From IMG/VR virus record IMGVR_UViG_3300033075_000957, positions 64,001 to 128,000 of that record: DNA of 64,000 nt; one strand, 5' to 3'. Below, one piece after another: positions 1 to 9,709 of the stretch. The notes beneath the pieces are model-generated. The model had not been told where the DNA came from. It made no database searches and saw nothing but the letters and a program-made list of their open reading frames with translations. Made by a program: the position numbers and the translations under genes. The stretch is from a virus. Lineage: Duplodnaviria; Heunggongvirae; Uroviricota; Caudoviricetes. Numbering within the stretch: position 1 is the stretch's first letter; each line of letters begins with the position of its first letter.

Positions 1-97
1 GATCAGGAAGCGTTTAAAGCTAAAGCAAATTCTGTACAGAATCAATCTACTCGAAATATAGTATCCAACATTCAAAAAAGCATTAAAAAGGAAAAGA

Positions 98-355
98 ATG
101 CAGCAGGCAAAACGGGAACATTGGGGCGTATTATTAATAAACTTCGGTGATAAAACCCCTTTAGAAGTTAAAACAGGAATTGCTAAATATTTAGAAGATA
201 ATAAAATTGTTGAAATCGAATTGCCAGATTTAAACTTTATTTACGCTAATAAATTTGAAATGGAAAAAGAATTAAAAGATATGCTGCGTAAATTTGTAGA
301 AGCAATGAGAGCAGAGGACGAGAAGTGCCTATCTACGTGTACAGAGATACAATAA
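98..355 (+). CDS. hypothetical protein
   Basis: 85-aa ATG ORF, first of a tightly packed plus-strand gene string. Confidence 0.5.
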   Translation: MQQAKREHWGVLLINFGDKTPLEVKTGIAKYLEDNKIVEIELPDLNFIYANKFEMEKELKDMLRKFVEAMRAEDEKCLSTCTEIQ

Positions 356-654
356 CTAACGAAGAATTTGAGATTTTTCAAAAAATGTCAGATGACGCTT
401 TAACCATTCATCCAGAAAATGGTCATCCGATTATTAAATGTATAATCGCCCCCAATATTCGTACAGAAGACAATATGACAATTGGTACTTTAGCAGAAAA
501 AAATACCAATCGTATGATTGCTAACGGCGATTCGCGTATTCAGAAAAAACAAAAAAATCCTTGGTGGAGAAAAGACAAGGACAAACCCGTGAATACGTCT
601 AAATGGACTAAAAAGCAAAAACGAAAATATATTATGGAAGGCAAGCACCCGTGA
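325..654 (+). CDS. FmdB-family zinc-ribbon-like protein, Cys-less variant
   Basis: N-terminus MPIYVYRD..NEEFEIFQKMSDDALTIHPENGHPI matches the FmdB pattern MPxYxY-CxxC-FE-QxMSDxPL-CPxCG, but the Cys positions are replaced. Confidence 0.6.
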   Translation: MPIYVYRDTITNEEFEIFQKMSDDALTIHPENGHPIIKCIIAPNIRTEDNMTIGTLAEKNTNRMIANGDSRIQKKQKNPWWRKDKDKPVNTSKWTKKQKRKYIMEGKHP

Positions 655-929
655 GCGAAATCGAAATTGCATCAGAGTTCAGGGAAAATACTATCTCCTG
701 TCCTTCTTGTGAAAAAAAATTAATAAATTATGCCCTCGTCGCACCTAATGAACCTGTTGTTCATTCATTTATAATTAGTTGTCCCTTTTGTAAAGGAAAA
801 ACCGATTGTATTAAAATAAAAGGTTTGATTAGTATGGGACCGATAGGATCAGATCAATCCTATCCAACAACTATACTTGACGAATATCTTGATGAAAATG
901 AGATATGGCATATTGAGTTAGGTAAATAA
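651..929 (+). CDS. zinc-ribbon protein (CPSC...CPFC)
   Basis: two CxxC pairs; GTGA overlap with upstream gene. Confidence 0.55.
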   Translation: MSEIEIASEFRENTISCPSCEKKLINYALVAPNEPVVHSFIISCPFCKGKTDCIKIKGLISMGPIGSDQSYPTTILDEYLDENEIWHIELGK

Positions 930-930
930 A

Positions 931-1335
931 ATGTCAAAAAAACCAAATAGTATTCTTTCGAATGAAGATATCCAAAATGGCGTGATGCCGATCTCTAAGT
1001 TAGATGAGTCTACTGGATATCAACCGTCTCATTATCGAGAAACTCTTTATAATATTGTCGGTAAAGAAGATAATAAAATTAACGAGACAGATGTTTACGC
1101 AAAAAAAATCGTTAATGGTAATCAACAGGTTAAATATTTCATTAAAATCGATAGTCAGGGAATGCCCGTGAATCCTTCCGATAAAGAAATGAACAAAATA
1201 ACACGAAAATATAGCTCATTACTAGGAACTCCCGCTACAAGATTAGTTCCTGTAACGCCAGCTACCTTCGCTAGTTATATTGCATTTTTAGAAACCGGTA
1301 ATATGGGTAAATATCATAACGCTTGTAGAGTATAA
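931..1335 (+). CDS. hypothetical protein
   Basis: 134-aa ORF tiling the operon. Confidence 0.55.
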   Translation: MSKKPNSILSNEDIQNGVMPISKLDESTGYQPSHYRETLYNIVGKEDNKINETDVYAKKIVNGNQQVKYFIKIDSQGMPVNPSDKEMNKITRKYSSLLGTPATRLVPVTPATFASYIAFLETGNMGKYHNACRV

Positions 1336-1337
1336 TC

Positions 1338-1646
1338 ATGTTAACACAAAAAGAATTTGACGCACTTGTAGAATATCAGGCAAATAAACCAACGCTTTTA
1401 GCAAAATCATTTCTTCGATATATTAAAAATAATTATGTCGAAGAGACTGTAACCGAAGAACCTAAAAAGAAAAATGCCGCAGCCGAGGCCGCAAAAGCGG
1501 TTCGCAAAGGTGATACGTATATTCATAATCCTAATCGGACGGGATATACGCAAACGGACGACGGTAAACGCGGCGTTCATATACGCACACAAGTAGACTC
1601 AGAGATCGCTGATGAAGCAAGAAAACACTACCGTCGTAGCACCTAA
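1338..1646 (+). CDS. hypothetical protein
   Basis: 102-aa ORF tiling the operon. Confidence 0.55.
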   Translation: MLTQKEFDALVEYQANKPTLLAKSFLRYIKNNYVEETVTEEPKKKNAAAEAAKAVRKGDTYIHNPNRTGYTQTDDGKRGVHIRTQVDSEIADEARKHYRRST

Positions 1647-2163
1647 ACAGTACCAATCGGTCTTCGTACCAGAACATTTAATAGATTTACCAAATTTTAT
1701 TGCAGAATTAATGATTAGGAACTGGCTCTTGATTAATAAGAAACCGGTTCCTAATTGTCCATTTTGGCGTAAAGATATTGCTTCGCAATCAGTAGAATTG
1801 ACTGATCTGGCGAAACGTTATGTGACTGAGGTTGCAGCGGCCAGAAACTTACTTAAAGTTTTTGGTCCCGGCGTGATAATGAAATATTATCAGGAAAATA
1901 AGATGCCGGGATTTACCATGCTAACCAACGAAACCAAGGGAAAAGTACTTTTAGAGTTATTTAAACGCCAGATAAAAGCCAAAGAGGCTATAATCCAATT
2001 AGAGCAGGAAACGATACAGAAAGGGCAGCCTGTTACGGAAGCCCCTCCTATCCCAACCATATGGAACACGGAGGCTCCAGTGGCTACGCAGGACGATCAT
2101 GACATGCTTTCTGTACCGTCTACTCCTTCTCCAAAGAAAACAAATAGATTTAATTCACTATGA
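1612..2163 (+). CDS. hypothetical protein
   Basis: 183-aa ORF; ATGA overlap with next gene. Confidence 0.55.
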   Translation: MKQENTTVVAPKQYQSVFVPEHLIDLPNFIAELMIRNWLLINKKPVPNCPFWRKDIASQSVELTDLAKRYVTEVAAARNLLKVFGPGVIMKYYQENKMPGFTMLTNETKGKVLLELFKRQIKAKEAIIQLEQETIQKGQPVTEAPPIPTIWNTEAPVATQDDHDMLSVPSTPSPKKTNRFNSL

Positions 2164-2564
2164 ACAATTTATTAAATGAGCTATCCAAATATCAATTAGA
2201 TGGTATGAAGTGGGTTTGTCGAAAATCAACTACCGGTTGTGGATTAAGAATCCACCAGTCTCCAAGCGGGGAATTTTTAACTCCCGCAGATGCGGTGAAA
2301 AATTTTCTAGAGGACAATCCTTCTAAATGCGAAGCATATACTGGCCCTTGTTTTCGTATTAAACCAGAATTTTCTGGAGAAACGTTCGCGTGGCCGTGTG
2401 AACGCGAACCTGATAGGATAATCGAGTTATTTGATACAGATGTTTTAACTCAGGATGATAATGGTACATGGGCCAAGCACACAGGAATTTACTGCTGTAA
2501 CATTATTATTCCAAACGATCGACTAGAGCGTTGGCCGTATGAACCTCAATTAAAATTTATATGA
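2160..2564 (+). CDS. hypothetical protein (possibly two small fused domains)
   Basis: 134-aa ORF with ATGA coupling on both sides. Confidence 0.5.
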   Translation: MNNLLNELSKYQLDGMKWVCRKSTTGCGLRIHQSPSGEFLTPADAVKNFLEDNPSKCEAYTGPCFRIKPEFSGETFAWPCEREPDRIIELFDTDVLTQDDNGTWAKHTGIYCCNIIIPNDRLERWPYEPQLKFI

Positions 2565-2827
2565 TTAAATATATAAAAAATAAACCAACTTTGTATACAT
2601 TAAATGAATTATTGGATAATCCATCCGCAAAATGTGGTATTTATAGTTCTATTAGGACAGAAATGGCCGATATGTTGCTGCTTCGAGCAGAGTCGCATCC
2701 TCGACCTAACATACCTATCTGGTTCTATCAAAGTGGCAACATCCAAGCAGGACCACAATCTAATTGCAAAGAACGTGTATGGTATTTTGTCGGAGACGCA
2801 ACAATTGCAATGTCAGCTTCATCCTGA
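2561..2827 (+). CDS. hypothetical protein
   Basis: 88-aa ORF, ATGA coupling upstream. Confidence 0.45.
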   Translation: MIKYIKNKPTLYTLNELLDNPSAKCGIYSSIRTEMADMLLLRAESHPRPNIPIWFYQSGNIQAGPQSNCKERVWYFVGDATIAMSASS

Positions 2828-3011
2828 TCAAATTATTGAGAAATGGGCAGACGGATATTGGCACTGCCCAAAATGTCCCGGCAACACCGTTATTGTCGGA
2901 GAGAGCGGCTGGGCGTTTAAATGCGATGTATGCGGACGTTTAGCAGATGATTTTGTTTGCAGAAACTGTACATGGCAACTAGACGAAGATGGTGAAGAAT
3001 ATGAAGAATAA
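2805..3011 (+). CDS. small multi-CxxC zinc-ribbon protein
   Basis: 3' part of ORF 2604..3011; TTG at 2805 preceded by GGAGAC; CPKC, CDVC and CRNC motifs and an acidic tail. Confidence 0.5.
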   Translation: MQCQLHPDQIIEKWADGYWHCPKCPGNTVIVGESGWAFKCDVCGRLADDFVCRNCTWQLDEDGEEYEE

Positions 3012-3429
3012 AATATCGATTTTTCATGTTAACGATTATCCCGAACTCTTTGAATATGTTAGGGAAACGCTTTCTCCAGAGCATTACGAAATTACAAATT
3101 TCGAAGACATTATGGATGCGACTACCTCTCCGAAGCGGGTCGATCTTCTAATCATCGACATGTCTTGTGTGGCACCTATTTATTTTGGTGCCGCTGGTTC
3201 GTATAGTCAAATGTATCGATGGATTTGTAAGCATCCTAATGTACCGATCATTATTCAGTCTGGTGTCTCCATCGAATTTGTAGAAGAATTAAGAGAAAGA
3301 CTTAAAGAACTTGGCGGAGTTGGCAGCGAAGCAATAATTGAGTATGCACCTACTGGATCAGATTTCAAAACTAATCTATTGTTAGTTATGGAAGGACTAG
3401 GATTTGATGTCAAAGCCAAAATATCTTAA
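3001..3429 (+). CDS. stand-alone response-regulator receiver (CheY-like REC) domain, atypical
   Basis: beta1 IFHVND, beta3 DLLIIDMS (phosphoacceptor Asp), beta4 PIIIQSG (conserved Ser); the beta5 Lys appears absent (EYAP). Confidence 0.6.
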   Translation: MKNKISIFHVNDYPELFEYVRETLSPEHYEITNFEDIMDATTSPKRVDLLIIDMSCVAPIYFGAAGSYSQMYRWICKHPNVPIIIQSGVSIEFVEELRERLKELGGVGSEAIIEYAPTGSDFKTNLLLVMEGLGFDVKAKIS

Positions 3430-3745
3430 ACCTGAAACTATCCGCCAATGGATAATTAACGCAAATCGTAATTATCAATTAGCAAACGCCTTACGCGTTA
3501 CTGAATTAGAAAATCAAATTAAATCGATTCAAGAGCGATGCAAACACGAGTGGCAGTTGTGTCAAGAGCTAAACGGCGATTATACTGTCACTACATGGCA
3601 ACGATGTAAAATTTGCGGATACGAAAAGAACAAAAACACAAAAGAATGTTGCCATGATTGGCATTTCTTGCCTGATCCATCTGGTAATAACGATAGTGAA
3701 TATATCTGTGATAATTGTGGAAAATACTCGCGAACGAGAGAATAA
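3404..3745 (+). CDS. small Cys/His zinc-binding protein with two CxHxW..CxxCG units
   Basis: CKHEW..CKICG and CCHDW..CDNCG. Confidence 0.5.
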   Translation: MMSKPKYLKPETIRQWIINANRNYQLANALRVTELENQIKSIQERCKHEWQLCQELNGDYTVTTWQRCKICGYEKNKNTKECCHDWHFLPDPSGNNDSEYICDNCGKYSRTRE

Positions 3746-4131
3746 TGATACCAATGCTTTCTAAAGAACGAATTGAAAAACTTCGTAAGACAATAAAAAC
3801 CGAAGGCGAAACTTCTGTCGAATTGACCCAGCAAGATTTTAAAGAAAATTTGCCAAAAGTTATTGAATGTCTAACACAAATTCTCAACACATATAAAAAA
3901 CCAAACAGCGTATCTTGTTATAAAGACGACTACTCTGACAATGATTTTGATCTAACATTCTGGATACCTTACCTCAAAACGCCTGAACAAATCGAAGCTG
4001 AATTACAAGAACTTATTCGTCGGGAAAATGAGAAAATTGAAACGAATCAATTTATCGAATACCGTGAACAACAAGAATTGGCGAGATTAATGAAAAAATA
4101 TCCTCATTTACTTCCGGAGCGAAAGCAATGA
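3745..4131 (+). CDS. hypothetical protein
   Basis: TAATG-coupled start at 3745 within ORF 3715..4131. Confidence 0.5.
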   Translation: MIPMLSKERIEKLRKTIKTEGETSVELTQQDFKENLPKVIECLTQILNTYKKPNSVSCYKDDYSDNDFDLTFWIPYLKTPEQIEAELQELIRRENEKIETNQFIEYREQQELARLMKKYPHLLPERKQ

Positions 4132-4436
4132 TAAGATTTAGTAATACCGAATTAATTACAGCAACTCCGATCTATAGTATTAAAGATTTAGTATTGGGCC
4201 AAAATATTCGGTATGGTATTTATCGTGATATTAATGGCGACATATGCCCGATAATTATAATTAAAACAGACGATTCTCAAAATAGGAACGGTATAATTAG
4301 TACGTTATTTGATGGAAGACTGGTTTTAGACACCGATCCTCTTCGTAATTCTCAATGGTGCGAAAATCCACGATGGGTTTATGATGGTGATATCGTGATA
4401 ACTCGTTGCCCGAAGGACAAATTATCCGGAGGATAA
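4128..4436 (+). CDS. hypothetical protein
   Basis: 102-aa ORF, ATGA coupling. Confidence 0.5.
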   Translation: MIRFSNTELITATPIYSIKDLVLGQNIRYGIYRDINGDICPIIIIKTDDSQNRNGIISTLFDGRLVLDTDPLRNSQWCENPRWVYDGDIVITRCPKDKLSGG

Positions 4437-4712
4437 GTGGGACTTAATACTAAGCAACAAGAACTACTGCGTAGGCTACGAACCATGTTTCCGCAGGAAA
4501 CAATAGATATAACCAAAAATAAACATGGTAACGATTGCTGTCTTATCGTTTCTCGAAAATTCGACAAATATCTCGTCGCATTAAAACGCGACGATGATAG
4601 GGCAGAGGATATCCGAGCATACTTGCTCGATCAGGGTTTCGATCCTGAATATGTCCGAAGGACAGTATTCATTTTAATATCACCAGAGGAAATTTACTTT
4701 TCAGAAAAGTAG
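4437..4712 (+). CDS. hypothetical protein
   Basis: 91-aa GTG ORF abutting the previous stop. Confidence 0.45.
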   Translation: MGLNTKQQELLRRLRTMFPQETIDITKNKHGNDCCLIVSRKFDKYLVALKRDDDRAEDIRAYLLDQGFDPEYVRRTVFILISPEEIYFSEK

Positions 4713-4732
4713 AGTAAAAAGATTACAAAATT

Positions 4733-5017
4733 ATGAAAATTTATAAAAAACGAGCATTAGAATTAGCATGTTGGGAACAAGAACTTAGAAATGGAACGAA
4801 TTTACCATACGAGAAGAATCCGTTATGGACATGGAAAGACGAATGTGAACAAGAGGGTTATCAACATTGGATTGATACGCCAGAATCTATGATAGCAACA
4901 ATGGCTTATGACGGATATTTTCACGGAGCAAATCTTAAAAAGCTAAAGAAATTTCTTGGTGAAAAACTCTATTATGCAGCATTAGAAGCTTATTTTGTAG
5001 GTGACCATGACACATAA
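4733..5017 (+). CDS. hypothetical protein
   Basis: 94-aa ATG ORF. Confidence 0.5.
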   Translation: MKIYKKRALELACWEQELRNGTNLPYEKNPLWTWKDECEQEGYQHWIDTPESMIATMAYDGYFHGANLKKLKKFLGEKLYYAALEAYFVGDHDT

Positions 5018-5459
5018 TGGAACAACCCGCGAAGAAATGTTAAAATATATGGAAGAAGCCTCGCGAATCGTCGCGAGTTGGCCTGAGTGGAAAAGAAATA
5101 TACTAGGAAGAACAGAATCTATGAGTGAAAAATCAGATAAAGATTTTTTAACACGATTGAGACAACAAAATCGTTCGCGTAGTAACCGATGGACCGGTGG
5201 TGCTGATGGTCCCGAGTTTAAAGCCATTGAATTTGGTGGCGAGTGCGGCGAACTACTTAACGCCATCAAAAAACGAATTCGTTTTCTAAACGGATGGAAG
5301 GCTGGCGTAGATAATCGTGAGAATCTGGAAGACGAATTCGGAGATGTTCTTATCTGTCTGGATAGACTGGCAGACGCTTTTGAAGTCGATTTGACAGCCG
5401 TAGCAGCGGCCAAGTTTAATAAAACCAGTACAAATTATGGGTTTCCAGAACGCTTATGA
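5001..5459 (+). CDS. mazG: MazG-like nucleotide pyrophosphohydrolase with N-terminal extension
   Basis: EFGGECGELLNAIKK...LEDEFGDVLICLDRLA..FEVDL..AAAKFNK is the MazG ExxE..ExxD signature. Confidence 0.85.
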   Translation: MTMTHNGTTREEMLKYMEEASRIVASWPEWKRNILGRTESMSEKSDKDFLTRLRQQNRSRSNRWTGGADGPEFKAIEFGGECGELLNAIKKRIRFLNGWKAGVDNRENLEDEFGDVLICLDRLADAFEVDLTAVAAAKFNKTSTNYGFPERL

Positions 5460-5866
5460 AAATATCACTCAAACAAATTAAAGAATACGATGCTAAATAT
5501 TTGAATATCTGGTTTCCTATCGAAGACGATGATGAAAGAGAAAACGTACCCGGTCAATCTAATGATTATATCCATTGGATGATTGATTTAGGCCAAAAGC
5601 AAATATTAAACTATTCGTATAATAATGAACTTTTTCTTTATGAAAAAATTCGTGATGAATTTAGTTGTCGTTTATTCGATAGAAATGGCGATATGATTTT
5701 AGAATTAATTGATGAATATGTGCCATCGGGTATAGGCGAATATGGCGATTACATAAATATGAAAATTTCACCAGATGGATATCTTTTAAACTGTAATCTA
5801 AAGCGAGCCGTAGATGATATCGCGATGACATGGGAGCATATTCAATATGGCAATAACGAAAGGTGA
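5456..5866 (+). CDS. conserved-looking phage hypothetical protein
   Basis: 136-aa ORF with a DEYVP..GEYGDYINMKISPDG motif. Confidence 0.5.
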   Translation: MKISLKQIKEYDAKYLNIWFPIEDDDERENVPGQSNDYIHWMIDLGQKQILNYSYNNELFLYEKIRDEFSCRLFDRNGDMILELIDEYVPSGIGEYGDYINMKISPDGYLLNCNLKRAVDDIAMTWEHIQYGNNER

Positions 5867-6446
5867 TTTCGTAAAAGATACATGCAATAATGAATGGTAT
5901 GTAGTATCTGCATATACTAAAATTATTCTTTTGATGAATCTTTTTACCGGAGAGCATTGGCACGCCTCTATCTACGAACCATTAACAGTTATTCCAACTA
6001 CATCAAATCATATATTAAGACTTCAAGCGTGCCATCAAAGACGGGTTGGAACGCTATTAAATAAAATAGCATCTAATCTTAATAACCGTGCAATTTATCA
6101 CGACGCGTCAAAATGGCAGGACGCAGAATTGGTACCATTATTATTTATTGCTGATCAGTATAATCGGGTTGAATATAATTCTCCTGCGTATCACTCGCTT
6201 CGTAAACTTATTGCCCCAGCGATCGAGCACCATGAAAAGGGTAACCGTCACCATTTAGGCCACTTCAATAACGATATATCGAAAATGAATTTATTAGATA
6301 TTATCGAAATGCTTGCCGATTGGAAAGCGGCGTCAGAAAAGAACGGCGGAGATGTCTATAATGCATTAGAACGAACAGCAGAGCAGTATAAATGGCCGAA
6401 AGAGCTAATCTCGATATTGCAAAACACACTGCCGTTTTTAAGCTAG
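5847..6446 (+). CDS. DUF5662-like HD-type putative metal-dependent hydrolase (paralog 1)
   Basis: HDASK...HH..GNRHH...EMLADWKAAS motif set; extra N-terminal ~50-aa beta domain. Confidence 0.65.
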   Translation: MAITKGDFVKDTCNNEWYVVSAYTKIILLMNLFTGEHWHASIYEPLTVIPTTSNHILRLQACHQRRVGTLLNKIASNLNNRAIYHDASKWQDAELVPLLFIADQYNRVEYNSPAYHSLRKLIAPAIEHHEKGNRHHLGHFNNDISKMNLLDIIEMLADWKAASEKNGGDVYNALERTAEQYKWPKELISILQNTLPFLS

Positions 6447-6456
6447 AAATAAATTT

Positions 6457-7557
6457 ATGGCTAAAGTAAAATCAAACGATACAGAAAAGGTAGTCGATAA
6501 TAAAAAGGACAACCGCACCATAGAAGCTATCGTCAAAGAATTTGGCGAAGTATTCTATAGCGGAGAGCGGGTTGAAGCGTCATCCGGCGTTCTTATTCCT
6601 TTAACATTGTCTCTTGATATCGCTCTTAGTGGTGGCATTAAAGAAGGTACAATTACAATATTTGCAACTTTACCAAAAGTCGGTAAAACAACTGTTATGC
6701 TTGAGTTTGTTAAAAATGCTCAGCGTATTTTTAAGAAACGTTGTTTCTATTTTGATGTAGAAGCACGTTTACAACCAGATTTGCTTAAAACAATAAATGA
6801 TTTAGTATATACTTCTGAACAAGAGCAGGCTACCGGTATCCCGGCGATGCAAATTATCCGTTCGAGCGAAGGTAATATTCTAACCGCTGAAAAATTCTTA
6901 GAAATTGCTGACCGTCTAATCAAAGATGTTCCCGGATGCGTTATTATTATTGATTCGGTTGCAGCCTTATGCACGGAAGACGCTTTTACTAAATCTCTTA
7001 CCGACAATGCCAAAATGGCAGATGTACAAAAGCTAATGTACTTTTTCTTTAGAAAAATCAGTCAGATATTGCCAATTACAAAAGCATGTATTGTTGGAAT
7101 TACGCACTTACAGGCCAATCCCGGTTCGTATTCGGGAGCCCCTAAAAAGTACGGCGGTGCTGCATTAGAATATTTTGCTTCTAATAGATTAGAAAGTTAT
7201 TCGGGAGGAAAAGAAGTTCCTGAAACTGGCACACCAAAAATTGGTAAGAATACCAACGTGAAGATTACCGCTTCTGCTGTTGGCGGTCCCTCAAATGAGG
7301 GAATGATATATATTAAATATGGGCACGGACACGATAACATTGCTGATCTTGTAGACAATGCTGATAGATATGGTTATATTACTCGTAAAGGTGCGTGGTA
7401 TTCATTCAAGAGTTCTGCTGGCGAAGATATCCAGTTGCAAGGCAAAGAATCGGTTGAAGAATATTTTCGTGTGAATAAAAAGGAATTTGTAGAATTAACT
7501 AATATCATCAGAAAGGCTCTTATACCTAATGCTATTTTGCTTCCTAGCCCCTCCTAA
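6457..7557 (+). CDS. recA: RecA/UvsX-like recombinase
   Basis: SLDIALSGGI, Walker A LPKVGKTT, IIIDSVAAL, ITHLQANPG, GGAALEYFAS, KGAWYS. Confidence 0.92.
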   Translation: MAKVKSNDTEKVVDNKKDNRTIEAIVKEFGEVFYSGERVEASSGVLIPLTLSLDIALSGGIKEGTITIFATLPKVGKTTVMLEFVKNAQRIFKKRCFYFDVEARLQPDLLKTINDLVYTSEQEQATGIPAMQIIRSSEGNILTAEKFLEIADRLIKDVPGCVIIIDSVAALCTEDAFTKSLTDNAKMADVQKLMYFFFRKISQILPITKACIVGITHLQANPGSYSGAPKKYGGAALEYFASNRLESYSGGKEVPETGTPKIGKNTNVKITASAVGGPSNEGMIYIKYGHGHDNIADLVDNADRYGYITRKGAWYSFKSSAGEDIQLQGKESVEEYFRVNKKEFVELTNIIRKALIPNAILLPSPS

Positions 7558-7780
7558 TTGCAGTTCTGATCCAAGAATCGAACAAATCCTAAAGGAACAT
7601 ATTAAGAAAAACGATGTGTTTCTTTATGACGATCTTCAGCCAAAACCTTATGAAATAAGTACTAAAAAACTATGTGAAGCTAGAGGAATTAAAACAAAAG
7701 CGACAATAAGACCTACAATGACTGCTGATTTAATTTATGCTTTGTTTAAAGATGATTTCGACATAGTAAAGAATAGATAA
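7529..7780 (+). CDS. hypothetical protein
   Basis: 83-aa ORF between recA and the nuclease gene. Confidence 0.45.
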   Translation: MLFCFLAPPNCSSDPRIEQILKEHIKKNDVFLYDDLQPKPYEISTKKLCEARGIKTKATIRPTMTADLIYALFKDDFDIVKNR

Positions 7781-7782
7781 TT

Positions 7783-8175
7783 ATGAAATTATTTGGTACA
7801 AATTTACAGCCAATTAAAGCAGATTTGAAACAATCATCTTTCCCGATGCGGAGCGAAGATTTATGCAAGTCTAAAATCCAGTATTCTTGTGGATGCCTCT
7901 TGCGTACCCGTTTCCCCTTTGACGCGATTCTCGAAGAGTGGTTTGTACCAGAAGAACATCTGTATATCGACTTTTTTCTACCTAATAGAAAATTAGCAAT
8001 CGAAGTAGATGGTGGGCAGCACGATAAGTATACCCCATTCTTCCACGGTTCCCCACAAGGTTTCGCGGCAGCACAAGCAAGAGACTCGGCAAAAAATTAT
8101 TTTTGCAAGATCAATAATATCACACTCATTCGAGTCAAATCTCTAGAGGAATTAGAAGCATGTCTGAATCAGTAG
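7783..8175 (+). CDS. DUF559/Vsr-like PD-(D/E)xK endonuclease
   Basis: YIDFFLPNRKLAIEVDGGQH..RD..KN.FC..NNITLIRV. Confidence 0.8.
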   Translation: MKLFGTNLQPIKADLKQSSFPMRSEDLCKSKIQYSCGCLLRTRFPFDAILEEWFVPEEHLYIDFFLPNRKLAIEVDGGQHDKYTPFFHGSPQGFAAAQARDSAKNYFCKINNITLIRVKSLEELEACLNQ

Positions 8176-8669
8176 AAAATCAATTTGACGAGAAACAGAT
8201 TGCGGCTGCGATTGGAATTTATGATTCCGAATTGCAGTTTCCATCTTTTCCTAACAATAATAACATGACAGAAGTTCTTGGCCGCGTAGTTTCTGGAAAG
8301 TACGCGAAAACTGCATCCGTACAGGATATGCTTGACGATTTATTGATGATTGAAAATTACGCAGTTTTCTTAATGGATCAAGAAAATAAACAAAAACGTA
8401 TCATTAACTGGTGTCAATCAAATTTAGAAAATTTAGTTGGACACGAGGCCGATAATATTCCAGATTATATTGGTACATATCTACAAAACAGAATCTGCTA
8501 CGTCAAAGGCAATAGCCCTAAAGGACAGATTTTGGATCGCCAAAGAATTGTGGCACAAGTAAAATTAGATAGTATTTCTCGTATCCAATACGGATTACAG
8601 CGTATAGCAGATGCTATTAAAGTTGCCATTAATATGAGAAAAGAAAGATATAATGCTTTTGTGGAGTAG
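8160..8669 (+). CDS. helical protein, possibly a UvsY-like recombination mediator
   Basis: 169-aa helical ORF close to recA; resemblance only. Confidence 0.35.
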   Translation: MSESVENQFDEKQIAAAIGIYDSELQFPSFPNNNNMTEVLGRVVSGKYAKTASVQDMLDDLLMIENYAVFLMDQENKQKRIINWCQSNLENLVGHEADNIPDYIGTYLQNRICYVKGNSPKGQILDRQRIVAQVKLDSISRIQYGLQRIADAIKVAINMRKERYNAFVE

Positions 8670-9690
8670 GAGCGGCGAGCGATGAGCGGCACAGGATGCG
8701 ATTACGACAGCCAGTGGCGTGCCTTTGTGTCTAACGCACAAGACAGCACGAACAAGCGGTGTAGCGACGATCACCTTGGAATCGAGTGGGGCGTGGCGTT
8801 GGCTGGAGGTTCACGATCGCATCCGTGCCACCCTCACCCCGCCCGCCCCGCAGGAACCTCACCAATAAAAGGATCGAGTATGACATGTAACAATTCCGGT
8901 ATTGTGCAAACCTCTTTTCACATTGCAAACGGGCTATTTGTCGGCGTCACTCCTGACCGCAAACTCGTTCAGATCATAAAGACGGACGGACCAAGCCCAT
9001 ACGAAGGTGGGAGGGTGCTGTTCTCGCAGGAATTTCCTAGCGAAGTCTTCATTAGCGCGTTTCTGGCTACCTCTCGCACCGGAAATACGGATGACTGGTG
9101 GGTGCTGTTTGCTCACTGGTGCGGAGAGTTGGATATGTTCAAGCAAGAAAGAGATGCCGTCCTGCGGGCACTCACAAGAATGCCCAAGGTAGACGATCCC
9201 GTCATCGGGGCTGTCTACCGGGATAGGCAAAAATCTCGCGTCATTGCGACGGTCACGGACAATCCTGGGAGTAAGGATTGCGTACACAGGGGCAACGGTG
9301 CGTACGGCATGCTAGTGGACACGGGGAAATCTGATGGGTTTGGAGCTCGGCTTCGGTGTGATTACTGCACATACGCAGCACACACCGTGACTTTACAATG
9401 CCGTCACGAATGGGTGACGGCGGCGTTCTTCCCTCACAACATGGAGCAGCGGTACAGGTGCCGCCTGTGCGGACAGTCTATGTCCACGGGGGGTTGCGCC
9501 CTTGACGATCCGCGTCGTAGCGATCCGGCGGAGCGACTTGATGTAACAAATACCACACACCCCGAAGGAGGCTCCCGGTGATTTACCACATCCTCTGGAT
9601 CGTCGTCCTGCAAGCAAAGGAATCCAAGCGGTGAAAGACCCGAAATCGAAGCCCGCCTCCGCCTCCGCGTGGCCGTGGAGCGAGAAAATT
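8670..9690. other. GC-rich island (~55-60% GC against ~33% in flanks)
   Basis: hand counts of sampled 60-mers gave 32-37 G+C inside and about 20 in the left flank. Confidence 0.85.
8682..9581 (+). CDS. hypothetical protein in GC-rich island (alternative start ATG ~8880; frame continues past TGA 9579 to TAA 9710)
   Basis: 299-aa ORF with C-terminal CDYC/CRHEW/CRLC motifs; same frame open for 42 more codons after the TGA. Confidence 0.45.
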   Translation: MSGTGCDYDSQWRAFVSNAQDSTNKRCSDDHLGIEWGVALAGGSRSHPCHPHPARPAGTSPIKGSSMTCNNSGIVQTSFHIANGLFVGVTPDRKLVQIIKTDGPSPYEGGRVLFSQEFPSEVFISAFLATSRTGNTDDWWVLFAHWCGELDMFKQERDAVLRALTRMPKVDDPVIGAVYRDRQKSRVIATVTDNPGSKDCVHRGNGAYGMLVDTGKSDGFGARLRCDYCTYAAHTVTLQCRHEWVTAAFFPHNMEQRYRCRLCGQSMSTGGCALDDPRRSDPAERLDVTNTTHPEGGSR

Positions 9691-9709
9691 ATAAAAGAAA
9701 GAATATATA

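Noticed and set aside
9579-9640. Selenocysteine recoding at TGA 9579
   Set aside because: The context HPEGGSR*FTTS is not redox-motif-like, and downstream stems are short and do not resemble a convincing bacterial SECIS.
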